This document shows, one piece after another, positions 32,055 to 41,991 of a stretch of 64,000 nt of DNA. The notes under the pieces are model-generated. The model saw only the letters and a list, made by a program, of their open reading frames with translations, was not told the DNA's origin and did no database searches. Made by a program: the position numbers and the translations under genes. Each line of letters opens with the position of its first letter. Within the stretch, counting starts at the first letter, position 1. This DNA comes from an archaeon. Lineage in GTDB: Archaea; Thermoproteota; Nitrososphaeria; Nitrososphaerales; Gagatemarchaeaceae. The DNA is taken from contig JAKAUC010000007.1 of NCBI GenBank assembly GCA_021827865.1, forward strand, positions 10,981-74,980, written 5' to 3'.

Positions 32055-34900
32055 CGCCTGCGCAGCGCCTCCCTCTCTCCTTCGATGATGAGTTCAACGA
32101 CATCCGTCCCTTCCTTCCTCATCTTCGCGGCCAGCGCTGCAGCTTCTGCCAGCCTTATCCCCCTCCCGGCCAGGATCATGTCAGCGGCGTGACCGTACTC
32201 CTTCCTCAGCTCCGACGACTTTCTGAGCGCCTCGACCACCTTCAGCTTGGCTCCGGTAAGAGCCGCCCTGCTCCTGGCCTTCATGGCCAGCGAGAAGACG
32301 TTCTCATAAGAGTCGGTCGAGAGCCCCAACCTAGGCTTCCCGCACGCGGGGCAGCTCTCGAGCCCCTCTAGGTCTGCGACCTTTCTAAGCTCCAGGAAGT
32401 TCCAGCAGCTGGTGCAGACCGCCACGAGGAACGTCTCGTTGACCCTTGCCCTGGTCGACTGCTTCAGGAGGGCCCTCAACCGCTCTGGTGAGACTATCTC
32501 TCCACGTCTGCTGATCTCCTCCACCCCGATTCTGGCGATGGGGGTGAGCCCCTCGTACTCTACCAGCTTCACGTCAATCGCGCCTGCGTTAATCTTCTCG
32601 ATCACGTCGGCAGCCGCCGAGAGGTCGAAGTCGTCGTGGAAAATCATGCTCATCGCCTCTTCGTAGACGGGGGTGTCCCTGAGGGCTTCGATGATCCCGG
32701 CGATGGAGACACTTGCGTAGTCTGCGTCCTTGGCTATGGCGCCGCACTTCTTGCCCGCGTGGATGAGGCGCCGCTTGAAGATCCCGCTCCTCTCTACGGC
32801 TTTCTCAGTCGCTGCCTTCAGGTCGAGCTTGTGGAGCTCCTCGACCACCGAAAGGACGACGGCGGGCGTCACCTCGGCCTCGATCACAATCCGGTAAGGG
32901 TCCTGGTGGACGGCTACCGACTGCCCTATCCGTTCGGAAATGAGGTGACCGAGGACCCTGGCCAGCAGCCTGTTCACCCTGTGCCCGAAGGCCGCCTGTA
33001 TGACCAGGTACTTGTCCCACTTCTCGATGGTCACAAGCCTCTCTGAGGGTATGGGGAGCTTCGCAGCCTGCTGCTCCGCGACCTCCTTCAAGGATTCCTG
33101 GAGGGCGTCCTTGGAGGCCGGGTAAGTCCTGGCCAGCTCGTCCAGGTATTCAGCCTCTCCACCCTTCTCCAACTCCTCGGCGTACCTCCTTCGTACGGAC
33201 CCTACCTCTGCCGCGACCTCCATCGGGACAGGTATCTCATCTCCCACCCAGTGGGGGACTGCACCCGTCGGATCATCCTCTGACCTCACGTATACCTTGT
33301 TCCCGTAGATCTGCTCTACCTTCCAGCACCTCCCCGCCTCCACGAACTTGACACCGACCTCCCCGTACTCCGACACGAACGCCTCGTCCAAGGTGCCGAC
33401 GAACGTGTCCCCTTCGATGACCAGGTACTGCTTCTCGTCCGGAATCATCGAGAGGTTGTCGAAGTAGTACTGGAACAGCGGCTTGACGTCCCTGGCGCGG
33501 AAGACCTTCCCGTCCGATTCACTGTAGTAGGCCAGGCGGGGATAGCGCTCCCGCATGTAGGTGAGCACCTTCTTCATCCTCTCCCCGTCGAGTTCCGCAT
33601 AGGCATAGCTCCTCTTGAAGAAGGCCACCAGGTCGTCGAAGTTCCAGTTCCCCTGCTCGATGAGCAGCCCGGCGACCTGGTGTATGGCCACGTCGTAGGG
33701 GTTGAAGATCGGCTCGAGGGGTTCCAGCTCGCCCATCACCGCCTTCCTGCAGAGCACGGCGGCTTCCAGCGTGTCGTCAGAGTCCTGGGTGATCACCAGC
33801 CCATTGGAGACCTCACCCACCCTGTGCCCGCTGCGTCCTACCCTCTGAATCAGCCTGGTCACCTGCCTCGGGGAGTTGTACTGAATCACATACTCAAGGA
33901 ACCCTATGTCTATGCCGAGCTCGAGGCTGCTCGTGCATATTACTCCGAGCAGCTTCCCATCCTTGAGGCTCCTCTCGACGGCTTCCCTGGTCGCCTTGGA
34001 CAGCGAGCTGTGGTGGACCGCTATGGCGAATCCTGGATCCCACACCCTGAATCGACTCGACAGCGCCTCGGCCTCCGACCGCGTGTTCGTGAAAATGAGG
34101 ACTGACCTGTATTTCTCCACCAGCTCCCTGACGGTCCTGAGCCTGGCCGCGACTTCGGGGTAGGAGTATATGGCATCGGCGAGGATCCTGTCGTCCCCCG
34201 TCGCCCTGGGGGCCACCACCTTCAGCGACAGGCTCTTCTCAACCGGGACGCGCACCACCTCGCATTCTCTCCCGTTCCCCACTAGGAACTGAGCGACCTT
34301 CTCCGGGGAGCCGACGGTGGCCGACAGACCGACTACCTGGAACTCCTTCTCTGCCACGTCCCTCAGCCTCTCGAGCCCGACGCTCAGTTGGCTCCCTCTC
34401 TTGTCCTCCGAGAGCTCGTGCACCTCGTCCACCACCACCCACCTCAGCTTCGCCAGGTTCTGCCTGATCCTCCTCCCCACGAGCATGATCTGGAGGGTCT
34501 CCGGCGTCGTGATGAGTATGTCGGGCGGGGCCAGGCTCAGGTTGGTCCTCTCTGCCTGGCTACTGTCTCCGTGCCTCACTCCCAGCCTGATGTCGAAGCG
34601 CTTGCACCACCACTGCATCCTGTCGAGCATGTCCCTGTTGAGAGCTCGGAGCGGGGTGATGTACAACAGTTTCGTCCCCTTCTCTCTCGTCTCGCCCTCG
34701 CGGATGATGGCGTCAAGAATCGGAAGCAGGGCCGCTTCAGTCTTCCCAGTCCCCGTCGGGGCCATGAGGAGCGCATTCTTTCCTTTCATCACTATGGGGA
34801 GGAGCTTCGCCTGGGGGTCGGTGGGGGAGTCGAATCCCCGTTCCTTCAAGGCTGCGAGCAGGGGAGGCGAAAGGAACTGGAAGACGTTCTGCCCTTGCAC
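32033..34900 (-). CDS. lhr: Second Lhr-type DExH helicase paralogue (Zn ribbon + HhH-like tail)
   Basis: APTGTGKTEAALLP, VVVDEVHEL, SATVG, HHSSL, QRVGRSGHR, DVAIHQVAGLL, CTSCWN...CPACGK. Confidence 0.85.
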   Translation of the reverse strand: MQGQNVFQFLSPPLLAALKERGFDSPTDPQAKLLPIVMKGKNALLMAPTGTGKTEAALLPILDAIIREGETREKGTKLLYITPLRALNRDMLDRMQWWCKRFDIRLGVRHGDSSQAERTNLSLAPPDILITTPETLQIMLVGRRIRQNLAKLRWVVVDEVHELSEDKRGSQLSVGLERLRDVAEKEFQVVGLSATVGSPEKVAQFLVGNGRECEVVRVPVEKSLSLKVVAPRATGDDRILADAIYSYPEVAARLRTVRELVEKYRSVLIFTNTRSEAEALSSRFRVWDPGFAIAVHHSSLSKATREAVERSLKDGKLLGVICTSSLELGIDIGFLEYVIQYNSPRQVTRLIQRVGRSGHRVGEVSNGLVITQDSDDTLEAAVLCRKAVMGELEPLEPIFNPYDVAIHQVAGLLIEQGNWNFDDLVAFFKRSYAYAELDGERMKKVLTYMRERYPRLAYYSESDGKVFRARDVKPLFQYYFDNLSMIPDEKQYLVIEGDTFVGTLDEAFVSEYGEVGVKFVEAGRCWKVEQIYGNKVYVRSEDDPTGAVPHWVGDEIPVPMEVAAEVGSVRRRYAEELEKGGEAEYLDELARTYPASKDALQESLKEVAEQQAAKLPIPSERLVTIEKWDKYLVIQAAFGHRVNRLLARVLGHLISERIGQSVAVHQDPYRIVIEAEVTPAVVLSVVEELHKLDLKAATEKAVERSGIFKRRLIHAGKKCGAIAKDADYASVSIAGIIEALRDTPVYEEAMSMIFHDDFDLSAAADVIEKINAGAIDVKLVEYEGLTPIARIGVEEISRRGEIVSPERLRALLKQSTRARVNETFLVAVCTSCWNFLELRKVADLEGLESCPACGKPRLGLSTDSYENVFSLAMKARSRAALTGAKLKVVEALRKSSELRKEYGHAADMILAGRGIRLAEAAALAAKMRKEGTDVVELIIEGEREALRRRYFFAAS

Positions 34901-35042
34901 CGCTCACCGTCTCCTTGGGTCGTCTGGGCGCGGCGTCAAGAACTGTGGGAAACTCCTCGGCCTCCTCCAATAAGTTTGCGGTCGGCCAGTCGTCAGAAAA
35001 GCGTCGGCTGCGAAAGTGAGCTGTGGCGTGAGTATCGCCTTA

Positions 35043-35068
35043 AATAACGGACTATAACATACGTTATT
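35043..35068. promoter_or_regulatory. Inverted repeat AATAACG-N12-CGTTATT immediately upstream of the HTH regulator ATG (35078)
   Basis: Read directly in the AT-rich spacer cttaaataacggactataacatacgttattgaaaagacgATG. Confidence 0.35.
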
Positions 35069-35077
35069 GAAAAGACG

Positions 35078-35512
35078 ATGACCCGCCTCATCAGCCCCTA
35101 TGAGATAGTCGCGAAGTCAGCCCTCCCCGCCCTGAGGGCCATGGTGGCGAGAAGGCTGCAGGAGGAGTACCGTCTCACCCAGCAGGAGGTCGCGAAGCGC
35201 CTCGGGGTCACCCAGGCCTCAGTGAGTAACTACGCGAGAAAGACGAGGGGGGTCATGGTCAACCTCGAGGGCGACCCGACCGTGACGAAGGCCGCGGACA
35301 AGATAGCCAAGGAGCTCTCCTTGGACCATCCCGACACCAGAGAGGCGCTCCGGTCGATGACCGAGGTCCTCGACTACATCAGGTTCAACAAGATGATGTG
35401 CCTCCTGCACGGCGACCTTGAGCCCGACTTCAAGGTGGAAGGCTGCTACGCCTGCGAAGGCACCTTTTCCGTAAAGGATTTTGACAGGCTGAAGTTGCTC
35501 GTCAGCAGCTGA
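35078..35512 (+). CDS. HTH (Cro/XRE-like) transcriptional regulator with a Cys-containing C-terminal domain
   Basis: LTQQEVAKRLGVTQASVSNYARKTRG is a helix-turn-helix. The C-terminus is MMCLLHGD...EGCYACEG. Confidence 0.6.
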   Translation: MTRLISPYEIVAKSALPALRAMVARRLQEEYRLTQQEVAKRLGVTQASVSNYARKTRGVMVNLEGDPTVTKAADKIAKELSLDHPDTREALRSMTEVLDYIRFNKMMCLLHGDLEPDFKVEGCYACEGTFSVKDFDRLKLLVSS

Positions 35513-35514
35513 AA

Positions 35515-36441
35515 TTGCTAGCCGATCCCAAGCCAAGTTGGCTCACTGTAAAACCTCCCATCGGGGAGAACTACGACGACCTGAAGGCCCTCTTCGGCCG
35601 CTTGAACCTGCACACGGTCTGCGAGGAAGCCCACTGTCCGAACGTCCACGAATGCTGGGGGGGCGGGACGGCCACCCTGATGCTGATGGGGGACGTCTGC
35701 TCGCGGGCATGCCGGTTCTGCATGGTCACCCCGGGGAAGCCCCAGGGGGTCCTGGACGAGCTCGAGCCAGAGAACGTCGCATTCGCCCTTTCCCAGATGG
35801 GCCTGACCTACGTAGTGCTGACCTCTGTAGACAGAGACGACCTGCCTGACGGCGGGGCTTCCCACATCGCCCGCACGGTCAAGCTCGTGAAGGAGGAGAA
35901 CCCGGGGATGCTCGTCGAAGTCCTGATCCCAGACTTCCAGGGGGACCTCGACGGCCTGAGGGCTGTCGTCGAAGCGCGACCCGACGTCATAGCCCACAAC
36001 ATCGAGACCACTATTTCTCTCACCCACAGGGTGAGGGACCCGCGGGCGAACTACTGGCAGTCGCTCTCGGTCCTGCGGAACGTGAAGAAGCTGGACCCTG
36101 GCGTCTACACCAAGTCGTCCATAATGGTGGGCCTCGGGGAGTCAGAGGAGGAGGTATACCAGGCGATGACGCACCTGAGGCAGGCGGACGTGGACTTCCT
36201 CACGGTGGGACAGTACCTCCGCCCTTCCGCGCGCCACCTTAAAGTGGCCGATTACGTCGACCCCATACACTTCGGACGATACAGAGCCATGGGTGAAGAA
36301 CTCGGGTTCTTGTACGTCGCCTCGGGCCCGCTGGTGAGAAGCAGCTACCGCGCGGGGGAATTCTTCATCAGGACGGCCATCCAAAGGAACAGTAGAGCCC
36401 ACCAATCTTATATGGGCGCCGGAATCAGAAAAAATCCTTGA
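35515..36441 (+). CDS. lipA: Lipoyl synthase
   Basis: CEEAHCPNVHECW...MLMGDVCSRACRFC carries the two Fe-S cluster motifs. TTG start. Confidence 0.9.
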   Translation: MLADPKPSWLTVKPPIGENYDDLKALFGRLNLHTVCEEAHCPNVHECWGGGTATLMLMGDVCSRACRFCMVTPGKPQGVLDELEPENVAFALSQMGLTYVVLTSVDRDDLPDGGASHIARTVKLVKEENPGMLVEVLIPDFQGDLDGLRAVVEARPDVIAHNIETTISLTHRVRDPRANYWQSLSVLRNVKKLDPGVYTKSSIMVGLGESEEEVYQAMTHLRQADVDFLTVGQYLRPSARHLKVADYVDPIHFGRYRAMGEELGFLYVASGPLVRSSYRAGEFFIRTAIQRNSRAHQSYMGAGIRKNP

Positions 36442-38588
36442 CCGAAGAAGATTCCATGAAGAGGTCTGGCACCGACGCGGTACCACGAATCTTCAGCGAG
36501 TCTGATTTCAAGTTCGCCACTCCCGAAGAGTTTCTCTTTCAGAGGCTATCCCCCGACGGAGGCATCCGCGGGAAGGACCCAAACCTCTCACCGGATACTC
36601 TGAAACGGATCTACGAGCAGCTTGTTTTCGGCCGCCTCTTCGACGACAAGGCGACCAACCTCTCGACCCTCAGGGAGATCGGGACCTATGCGCCCGGCAA
36701 GGGGCAGGAGGCGGCGCAGATTGGGCCGGTCAACGCCCTGGAGCGGGGAGATTGGTACGTCCCCATGTACAGAGACTCCGCGGGTATGCTGGCCTTCGGG
36801 ATGCCCCCAGTCAAGCTGCTGCAGTACTGGGGCGGGGACGAGAGGGGGATGCAGACGCCCGGGGACCTGAACATGCTCCCGCTGGCCGTTCCAGTTGCCA
36901 CCCAGCTCCCTCACGCCGCGGGGCTCGCGATGGCGAAGCGCCTGCAGGGGGAGAAGTCAGTTGTATTCGTGGTCACCGGGGACGGCGGCACCTCCAAGGC
37001 GGACTTCCACGAAGCGATGAACATAGCCGGGGTCTACGACCTGCCAGTCATATTCGGGGTGGAGAACAACCAGTGGGCCCTCTCCGTCAGGAGGGGCGCC
37101 CAGACGGCGTCGAAGACCATCGCCCAGAAGGCAGTCGCCTACGGCTTCGAAGGGATCCTCGTCGACGGCAACGACGTCATCGCGTCCTATGAGGCTACCA
37201 AGTACGCGGTCGACAAGGCAAGGAGGGGCGGGGGACCCACCCTGATCGAGTACTCTACCTACAGGCTCGGCCCGCACACGACCGCCGAGCTTGTCTCCAA
37301 CAAGCTGAAGGCTCCGGATGAGGTCGCTGAATGGGAGCGGAGGAGCCCCATCGTCAGATTCGAGAAGTACCTGAGGTCGCGCGGCCTGCTGGACGACAAG
37401 ACGAAGGAGGCTGTCGCTGCCGCCGCCCAGGACAAGATGAACGAGGCGATAGCTGCCTACAGGGCGACCCCCCCCGTGGACCCGGAGGCGATATTCGACT
37501 ACACCTACTCCTCACTCACCCCAGTCCTCGCCATGGAGAAGGCCGAGTTTCTTGGGGGACAGTCTGGCCCAGCGGCTTCGGCGCCCGAGCCGTCGGCCAC
37601 CGGCGGGAAGCCGGGGATAAACATCAGGAACGCGGTCAACATGGCCCTCAGGGAGGGCCTGCGGCGCGACAGCAGGCTGGTGATATTCGGGGAGGACGTG
37701 GCAAAGAACGGCGGCGTCTTCCAGGTGACGCGCGGGCTTTTTGACGAGTTCGGCCCCAGCAGGGTCTTCGACACCCCCCTGGCCGAGCTCAGCATAGCTG
37801 GCATATTCGTGGGCCTCTCTATCGGCGGCATGGTCCCCGTGGCCGAGTTCCAGTTTGACGGCTTCACTTTCCCTGCCTTCGACCAGATCTTCAGTCACAT
37901 AGCCAGGATGAGGAACAGGACCAGAGGGAGGTTCGCACTCAGGGGTGTCATCCGATTCCCCTATGGGGCAGGCATACGACCCCCAGAGCTCCACTCTGAA
38001 TCCCCCGAAGCCTACTTCGCCCACACGCCGGGGCTGAAGGTCGTAGTCCCCTCCACCCCATATGACGCCAAAGGCCTCCTCGCATCCGCCCTGACCGACC
38101 CGGACCCGGTGGTGTTCATGGAGCCCAAGAAGATCTACGACTCCCCCAAGGCCGACGTCCCTGAGGAGGAGTACCGCATCCCCATAGGCAAGGCAAGTGT
38201 GGTAAGGCAGGGCAACGACGTCACGCTCGTCTCCTACGGCGCGATGATGGTCCCCACCGCACAGGCGGCGGAGGCGCTTCAGAGCGAGAGGTCTGTCTCG
38301 GCCGAAGTGGTCGACCTGCGAACCGTCTCCCCCATCGACTTCGAAACCGTGGTGGGATCGGTGCAGAAGACCGGAAGGCTCGTCGTCGTCCACGAAGCGC
38401 CCCGCAATGTCGGGATAGGGGCGGAGGTAGCGGCCACCGTGGCTGAGAGGGCCCTGGACTACCTGAAGGCGCCCGTCAGGAGGGTGACCGGCTACGACAT
38501 ACCCGTACCCCTGGCCAAGCTCGAGGACAACTATATCCCGAGCAAGGAACGCGTCATGAAGGCGGCCCTCGACGTGGTCGGCTACTGA
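36438..38588 (+). CDS. 2-oxoacid dehydrogenase E1 component, fused alpha + beta subunits (TPP-dependent)
   Basis: The alpha part has VVFVVTGDGGTSKADFHEAMN...VENNQWALS. The beta part has INIRNAVNMALRE...VFGEDV...GGVF...DTPLAE...RFPYGAGIRPPELHS. It is one continuous 716-aa frame. Confidence 0.85.
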   Translation: MTEEDSMKRSGTDAVPRIFSESDFKFATPEEFLFQRLSPDGGIRGKDPNLSPDTLKRIYEQLVFGRLFDDKATNLSTLREIGTYAPGKGQEAAQIGPVNALERGDWYVPMYRDSAGMLAFGMPPVKLLQYWGGDERGMQTPGDLNMLPLAVPVATQLPHAAGLAMAKRLQGEKSVVFVVTGDGGTSKADFHEAMNIAGVYDLPVIFGVENNQWALSVRRGAQTASKTIAQKAVAYGFEGILVDGNDVIASYEATKYAVDKARRGGGPTLIEYSTYRLGPHTTAELVSNKLKAPDEVAEWERRSPIVRFEKYLRSRGLLDDKTKEAVAAAAQDKMNEAIAAYRATPPVDPEAIFDYTYSSLTPVLAMEKAEFLGGQSGPAASAPEPSATGGKPGINIRNAVNMALREGLRRDSRLVIFGEDVAKNGGVFQVTRGLFDEFGPSRVFDTPLAELSIAGIFVGLSIGGMVPVAEFQFDGFTFPAFDQIFSHIARMRNRTRGRFALRGVIRFPYGAGIRPPELHSESPEAYFAHTPGLKVVVPSTPYDAKGLLASALTDPDPVVFMEPKKIYDSPKADVPEEEYRIPIGKASVVRQGNDVTLVSYGAMMVPTAQAAEALQSERSVSAEVVDLRTVSPIDFETVVGSVQKTGRLVVVHEAPRNVGIGAEVAATVAERALDYLKAPVRRVTGYDIPVPLAKLEDNYIPSKERVMKAALDVVGY

Positions 38589-38650
38589 ATAGGCTCCCCA
38601 CGAGCTGGCTGCACAGTTTTTAACCCTCCACCGGGTCGCCCGTATCTGTC

Positions 38651-39865
38651 TTGGAGTTCAGACTGCCGGACCTCGGCGAAGGCATCACCGAGGGAGAGGT
38701 CATCAAGTGGATGGTGAAGGAAGGGGACCAGATCAAGGAAGACCAGCCCATCGTCGAAGTGATGACGGACAAGGTGAACGTCCAGATTCCATCCCCCAGG
38801 AGCGGGAGGGTGTCAAAGCTACTGGTCAAGGAAGGAGACGTGGCAAAGGTTGGCCAGACGATTCTGGTGATAGACGATGGGAACGCCAGCGCTCCGGCGG
38901 TCCCCCCAGTAGCGGCTCCCCCCAAGGCCGCGCCAGCGCAGGCGGCTGCCCAGTCACAGCAGGCACCCCCAGCCCCTGCCCAATCCGTCCTCGCTACTCC
39001 GGCCACGAGAAGGCTGGCGAGGGAGCTTGGCGTGGACATCGCGAGGGTCCACGGGTCGGGGCCACAGGGGAGGGTGACCGATGAGGACATCAGGACGTCA
39101 GCGTCGAGGCCGGCCGCGACCGCCGCAGCCCTCCAGTCGCTTCAGCCGACCAGGGGGGGCCCCGGAGAAGAGCTCATCCCACTGAGGGGCCTGAGGAGGA
39201 CCATATCCGACAGAATGGTGAAGTCCCAGAGGACGACAGCTCAGGTCACCCACGTCGACGAGGCGGACATGACTGAACTCGTGCTGCTGAGAGAGGCGCT
39301 CAGGGGGAGCGCCGATAAGAGGGGGGTGCGCCTGACCTACCTCCCGTTCATAATCAAGGCGCTGGTGCCCGCCCTCAAGGAGTTCCCATACGTCAACTCT
39401 TCGCTGGACGAACAGGCCGGGAACATCGTCCTGAAGAAGTACTACAACATCGGGATCGCGACAGACACCGAGCAGGGGCTCGTCGTACCTGTCGTGAAGG
39501 ACGTGGACAGGAAGGACATATTCGAGCTCGCAGGGGAGATTGCCAAGCTCTCTGAGAAGGCCAGGACCGGGCAGCTTGGGCTCGATGACGTCCGGGGCTC
39601 CACTTTCACCATCACCAACGTCGGGGCGATAGGCGGACTCTTCGCCACACCCATCATCAACCTCCCTGAGGTCGCTATCCTGGGGCTCCACAAGATAGCC
39701 AAGCGACCGGTCGTCCGCGACGGTAAGATAGAAGTCAGAGACACCACCTACCTTTCACTGTCGTTCGACCACAGGGTGATAGACGGCGCCTATGCGGCAA
39801 GGTTCACCTCGAGACTGATCGAGACGATACAGGACACGAAGAAGCTGCTGGCCGAAGTCCTCTAG
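38651..39865 (+). CDS. Dihydrolipoamide acyltransferase E2 (lipoyl domain + PSBD + catalytic domain)
   Basis: LPDLGEGITEGEV..W.VKEGD...VMTDKV, ATPATRRLARELGVD, SLSFDHRVIDGA. Confidence 0.9.
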   Translation: MEFRLPDLGEGITEGEVIKWMVKEGDQIKEDQPIVEVMTDKVNVQIPSPRSGRVSKLLVKEGDVAKVGQTILVIDDGNASAPAVPPVAAPPKAAPAQAAAQSQQAPPAPAQSVLATPATRRLARELGVDIARVHGSGPQGRVTDEDIRTSASRPAATAAALQSLQPTRGGPGEELIPLRGLRRTISDRMVKSQRTTAQVTHVDEADMTELVLLREALRGSADKRGVRLTYLPFIIKALVPALKEFPYVNSSLDEQAGNIVLKKYYNIGIATDTEQGLVVPVVKDVDRKDIFELAGEIAKLSEKARTGQLGLDDVRGSTFTITNVGAIGGLFATPIINLPEVAILGLHKIAKRPVVRDGKIEVRDTTYLSLSFDHRVIDGAYAARFTSRLIETIQDTKKLLAEVL

Positions 39866-39914
39866 CAGGGCGCCTCCCAGCAACGTTTAAGCCCGTAGAC
39901 AGCGGCGACCCCGT

Positions 39915-41318
39915 TTGTCCATGATAGAGGCAGACGTCGCCATAATCGGAGGAGGACCCGGGGGCTATGTCTGCGGCATCAGGTCCGCCCAGCTCGGCCT
40001 GAAAACTGTGGTCATAGAAGCCGACAGGCTCGGAGGGGAGTGCCTGAACTACGGGTGCATACCATCGAAGTCCCTCATAACGGTCTCCAAGCTTGTCGAC
40101 AAGATCAAGGAGGCTGAGAAGTTCGGCCTGAGGGCCTCCAGCGTCTCCGTGGACTTCGCCCAGCTGCAGAAGTGGAAGTCCGAGGTCGTCTCGAAGCTCG
40201 TCAGCGGGGTGGAGGGGCTGCTGCGTGGCTACCGGGCCTCGGTAATCTTCGGCGTGGCCGAAGTGGTGTCGAAGGACCGCCTGGTGGTGACCACCGCCCA
40301 GGGAAAGGAGGACGTCTCGTTCAGGAGCCTGGTGATCGCCACCGGGACCAGGACGTCGAGCCTGCCTGGCCTAGAGTTCGACGGCGACTTGGTGATCAGC
40401 TCGAAGGAGGGGCTCGAACTCAAGGGCGCTCCCGGCCGACTGCTGATAGTGGGGGGAGGCGCCATAGGGCTGGAGTTCGCCTCGTTGTTCCAGAAGCTCG
40501 GGAGCCAGGTCACGGTCGTCGAGATAATGGACCAGCTCCTGCCGGGGAGCGACCCCGAGATCGTAAGGACCGTCCATAGGAAGCTTGAGGCAAGGGGCGG
40601 GAAGGTCCACCTGAAGTCGAAGGTCGCGCGAGTCGTGAAGAAGGGGTCCGAGGCCGAAGTCGAGATAGAGACCCCCGAAGGGACGCTGACCGTCGTGGCG
40701 GACAAGATCCTGGTGAGCGTCGGGCGGAAGCCCAGGATAGAGAATCTCAACCTCGCAGCCATCGGCGTGCAGACCGACCCGAGGGGGTACATACTCACCA
40801 ACGAGAAGATGCAGACGAACGTCCCTGGCGTCTATGCCATCGGGGACGTGAGAGGCCCCCCTCTCCTGGCGCACAAGGCCTCCAAGGAGGGGATCGTGGC
40901 AGCGGAGTGCATCTCGGGCCTTCCATCTGCAGCGGACTGGAAGGTCATCCCAGACGCGGTCTTCTGTGACCCCGAGGTCGCCAGCGCGGGCCTGACAGAG
41001 GCCAAGGCCATCGAGGCAGGATACAAAGTGAAGCGGAGCAGGTTTCAGTTCGCCGCCCTGGGGAGGGCCCTCTCGGCAGGGGAGCCCGAGGGGTTCGTCA
41101 AGGTCGTCTCGAACGAGGAGGACGGCCTTGTCCTCGGCGTCCAGATCGTCGGGCCTGAGGCTTCGAACCTGATAAGCGAGGCGGCTCTTGCCATAGAGAT
41201 GGGAGCCACCGTGGAGGACATCGCCCTTACGGTCCACCCCCACCCCACTCTGCCGGAAGCGATCATGGAAGCGGCGGAGTCCGCCGCCGGCCACCCGATC
41301 CACCAGCTCAAGGCATGA
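39915..41318 (+). CDS. lpdA: Dihydrolipoyl dehydrogenase E3
   Basis: IIGGGPGGYV...GGECLNYGCIPSK...VHPHPTLPEA. Confidence 0.9.
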   Translation: MSMIEADVAIIGGGPGGYVCGIRSAQLGLKTVVIEADRLGGECLNYGCIPSKSLITVSKLVDKIKEAEKFGLRASSVSVDFAQLQKWKSEVVSKLVSGVEGLLRGYRASVIFGVAEVVSKDRLVVTTAQGKEDVSFRSLVIATGTRTSSLPGLEFDGDLVISSKEGLELKGAPGRLLIVGGGAIGLEFASLFQKLGSQVTVVEIMDQLLPGSDPEIVRTVHRKLEARGGKVHLKSKVARVVKKGSEAEVEIETPEGTLTVVADKILVSVGRKPRIENLNLAAIGVQTDPRGYILTNEKMQTNVPGVYAIGDVRGPPLLAHKASKEGIVAAECISGLPSAADWKVIPDAVFCDPEVASAGLTEAKAIEAGYKVKRSRFQFAALGRALSAGEPEGFVKVVSNEEDGLVLGVQIVGPEASNLISEAALAIEMGATVEDIALTVHPHPTLPEAIMEAAESAAGHPIHQLKA

Positions 41319-41953
41319 GCTGCTTCCTCTTCGACTTCGGCACCATGGAGTACGGCGAAGCTCTGGAGCTTCAGAGAGAGCTAGCCGCCAAGAGAGCCAG
41401 GGGGGAGATCCCCGACTCCCTGGTCCTGGTCGAGCATCCACACGTGGTCACCCTGGGCCGGAAGACCACCCCTGACAACTTCAGGCCCCAGAAGATACCC
41501 ATCTTCCAGGTGGAGCGCGGCGGCGACGCAACCTACCACGGCCCAGGTCAGCTGGTCGGATACCCAATCTTCCTCCTGAAGGACCACGACGTCCGCCGTC
41601 ACGTCCGGGGCATCGAAGAGGCGGTCATCAGGACTGCAGCGGCGTACGGCGTCGACGGGGAGAGGCTGGAGGGGCACCCCGGCGTCTGGGTGGGGGGGAA
41701 GAAGCTCGCGTCCATCGGGGTGGCGGTCACGGACTGGGTCTCCTACCACGGGTTCGCGCTGAACGTCAACACCGACCTGAGCTACTTCGAGCTAATCAGG
41801 CCCTGCGGCCTCGACCCCTCAACCATGACCTCGATGCAGAAGATCCTGGGGAGGCCGCTCCCCTTCGAAGAGGTGAAGCCCCGCTTCGTCAGGGAGTATT
41901 CAGCCGTCACCGGCGCGGAGTTCTCTCACCAACGCCTGGTGAGCCGTGGTTAG
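41315..41953 (+). CDS. lipB: Octanoyltransferase (lipoate-protein ligase B)
   Basis: VEHPHVVTLGR...ERGGDATYHGPGQLVGYPI...KKLASIGV. ATGA overlap with E3. Confidence 0.85.
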   Translation: MSCFLFDFGTMEYGEALELQRELAAKRARGEIPDSLVLVEHPHVVTLGRKTTPDNFRPQKIPIFQVERGGDATYHGPGQLVGYPIFLLKDHDVRRHVRGIEEAVIRTAAAYGVDGERLEGHPGVWVGGKKLASIGVAVTDWVSYHGFALNVNTDLSYFELIRPCGLDPSTMTSMQKILGRPLPFEEVKPRFVREYSAVTGAEFSHQRLVSRG

Positions 41954-41991
41954 GCGACAAGATTTTAGCGCACCGCCCTGCGGCGGCGTCC

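Noticed and set aside
37512-38393. 293-aa minus-strand ORF inside the E1 alpha-beta gene
   Set aside because: It is antisense to a strongly supported TPP-enzyme gene, and its composition is that of a shadow ORF.
40371-41441. 356-aa minus-strand ORF covering most of the E3 (lpdA) gene
   Set aside because: It is antisense to a gene with unmistakable dihydrolipoyl dehydrogenase motifs. Its Arg/Pro/Gly/Leu-rich composition is typical of shadow ORFs in GC-rich DNA, and it has no recognisable motif.
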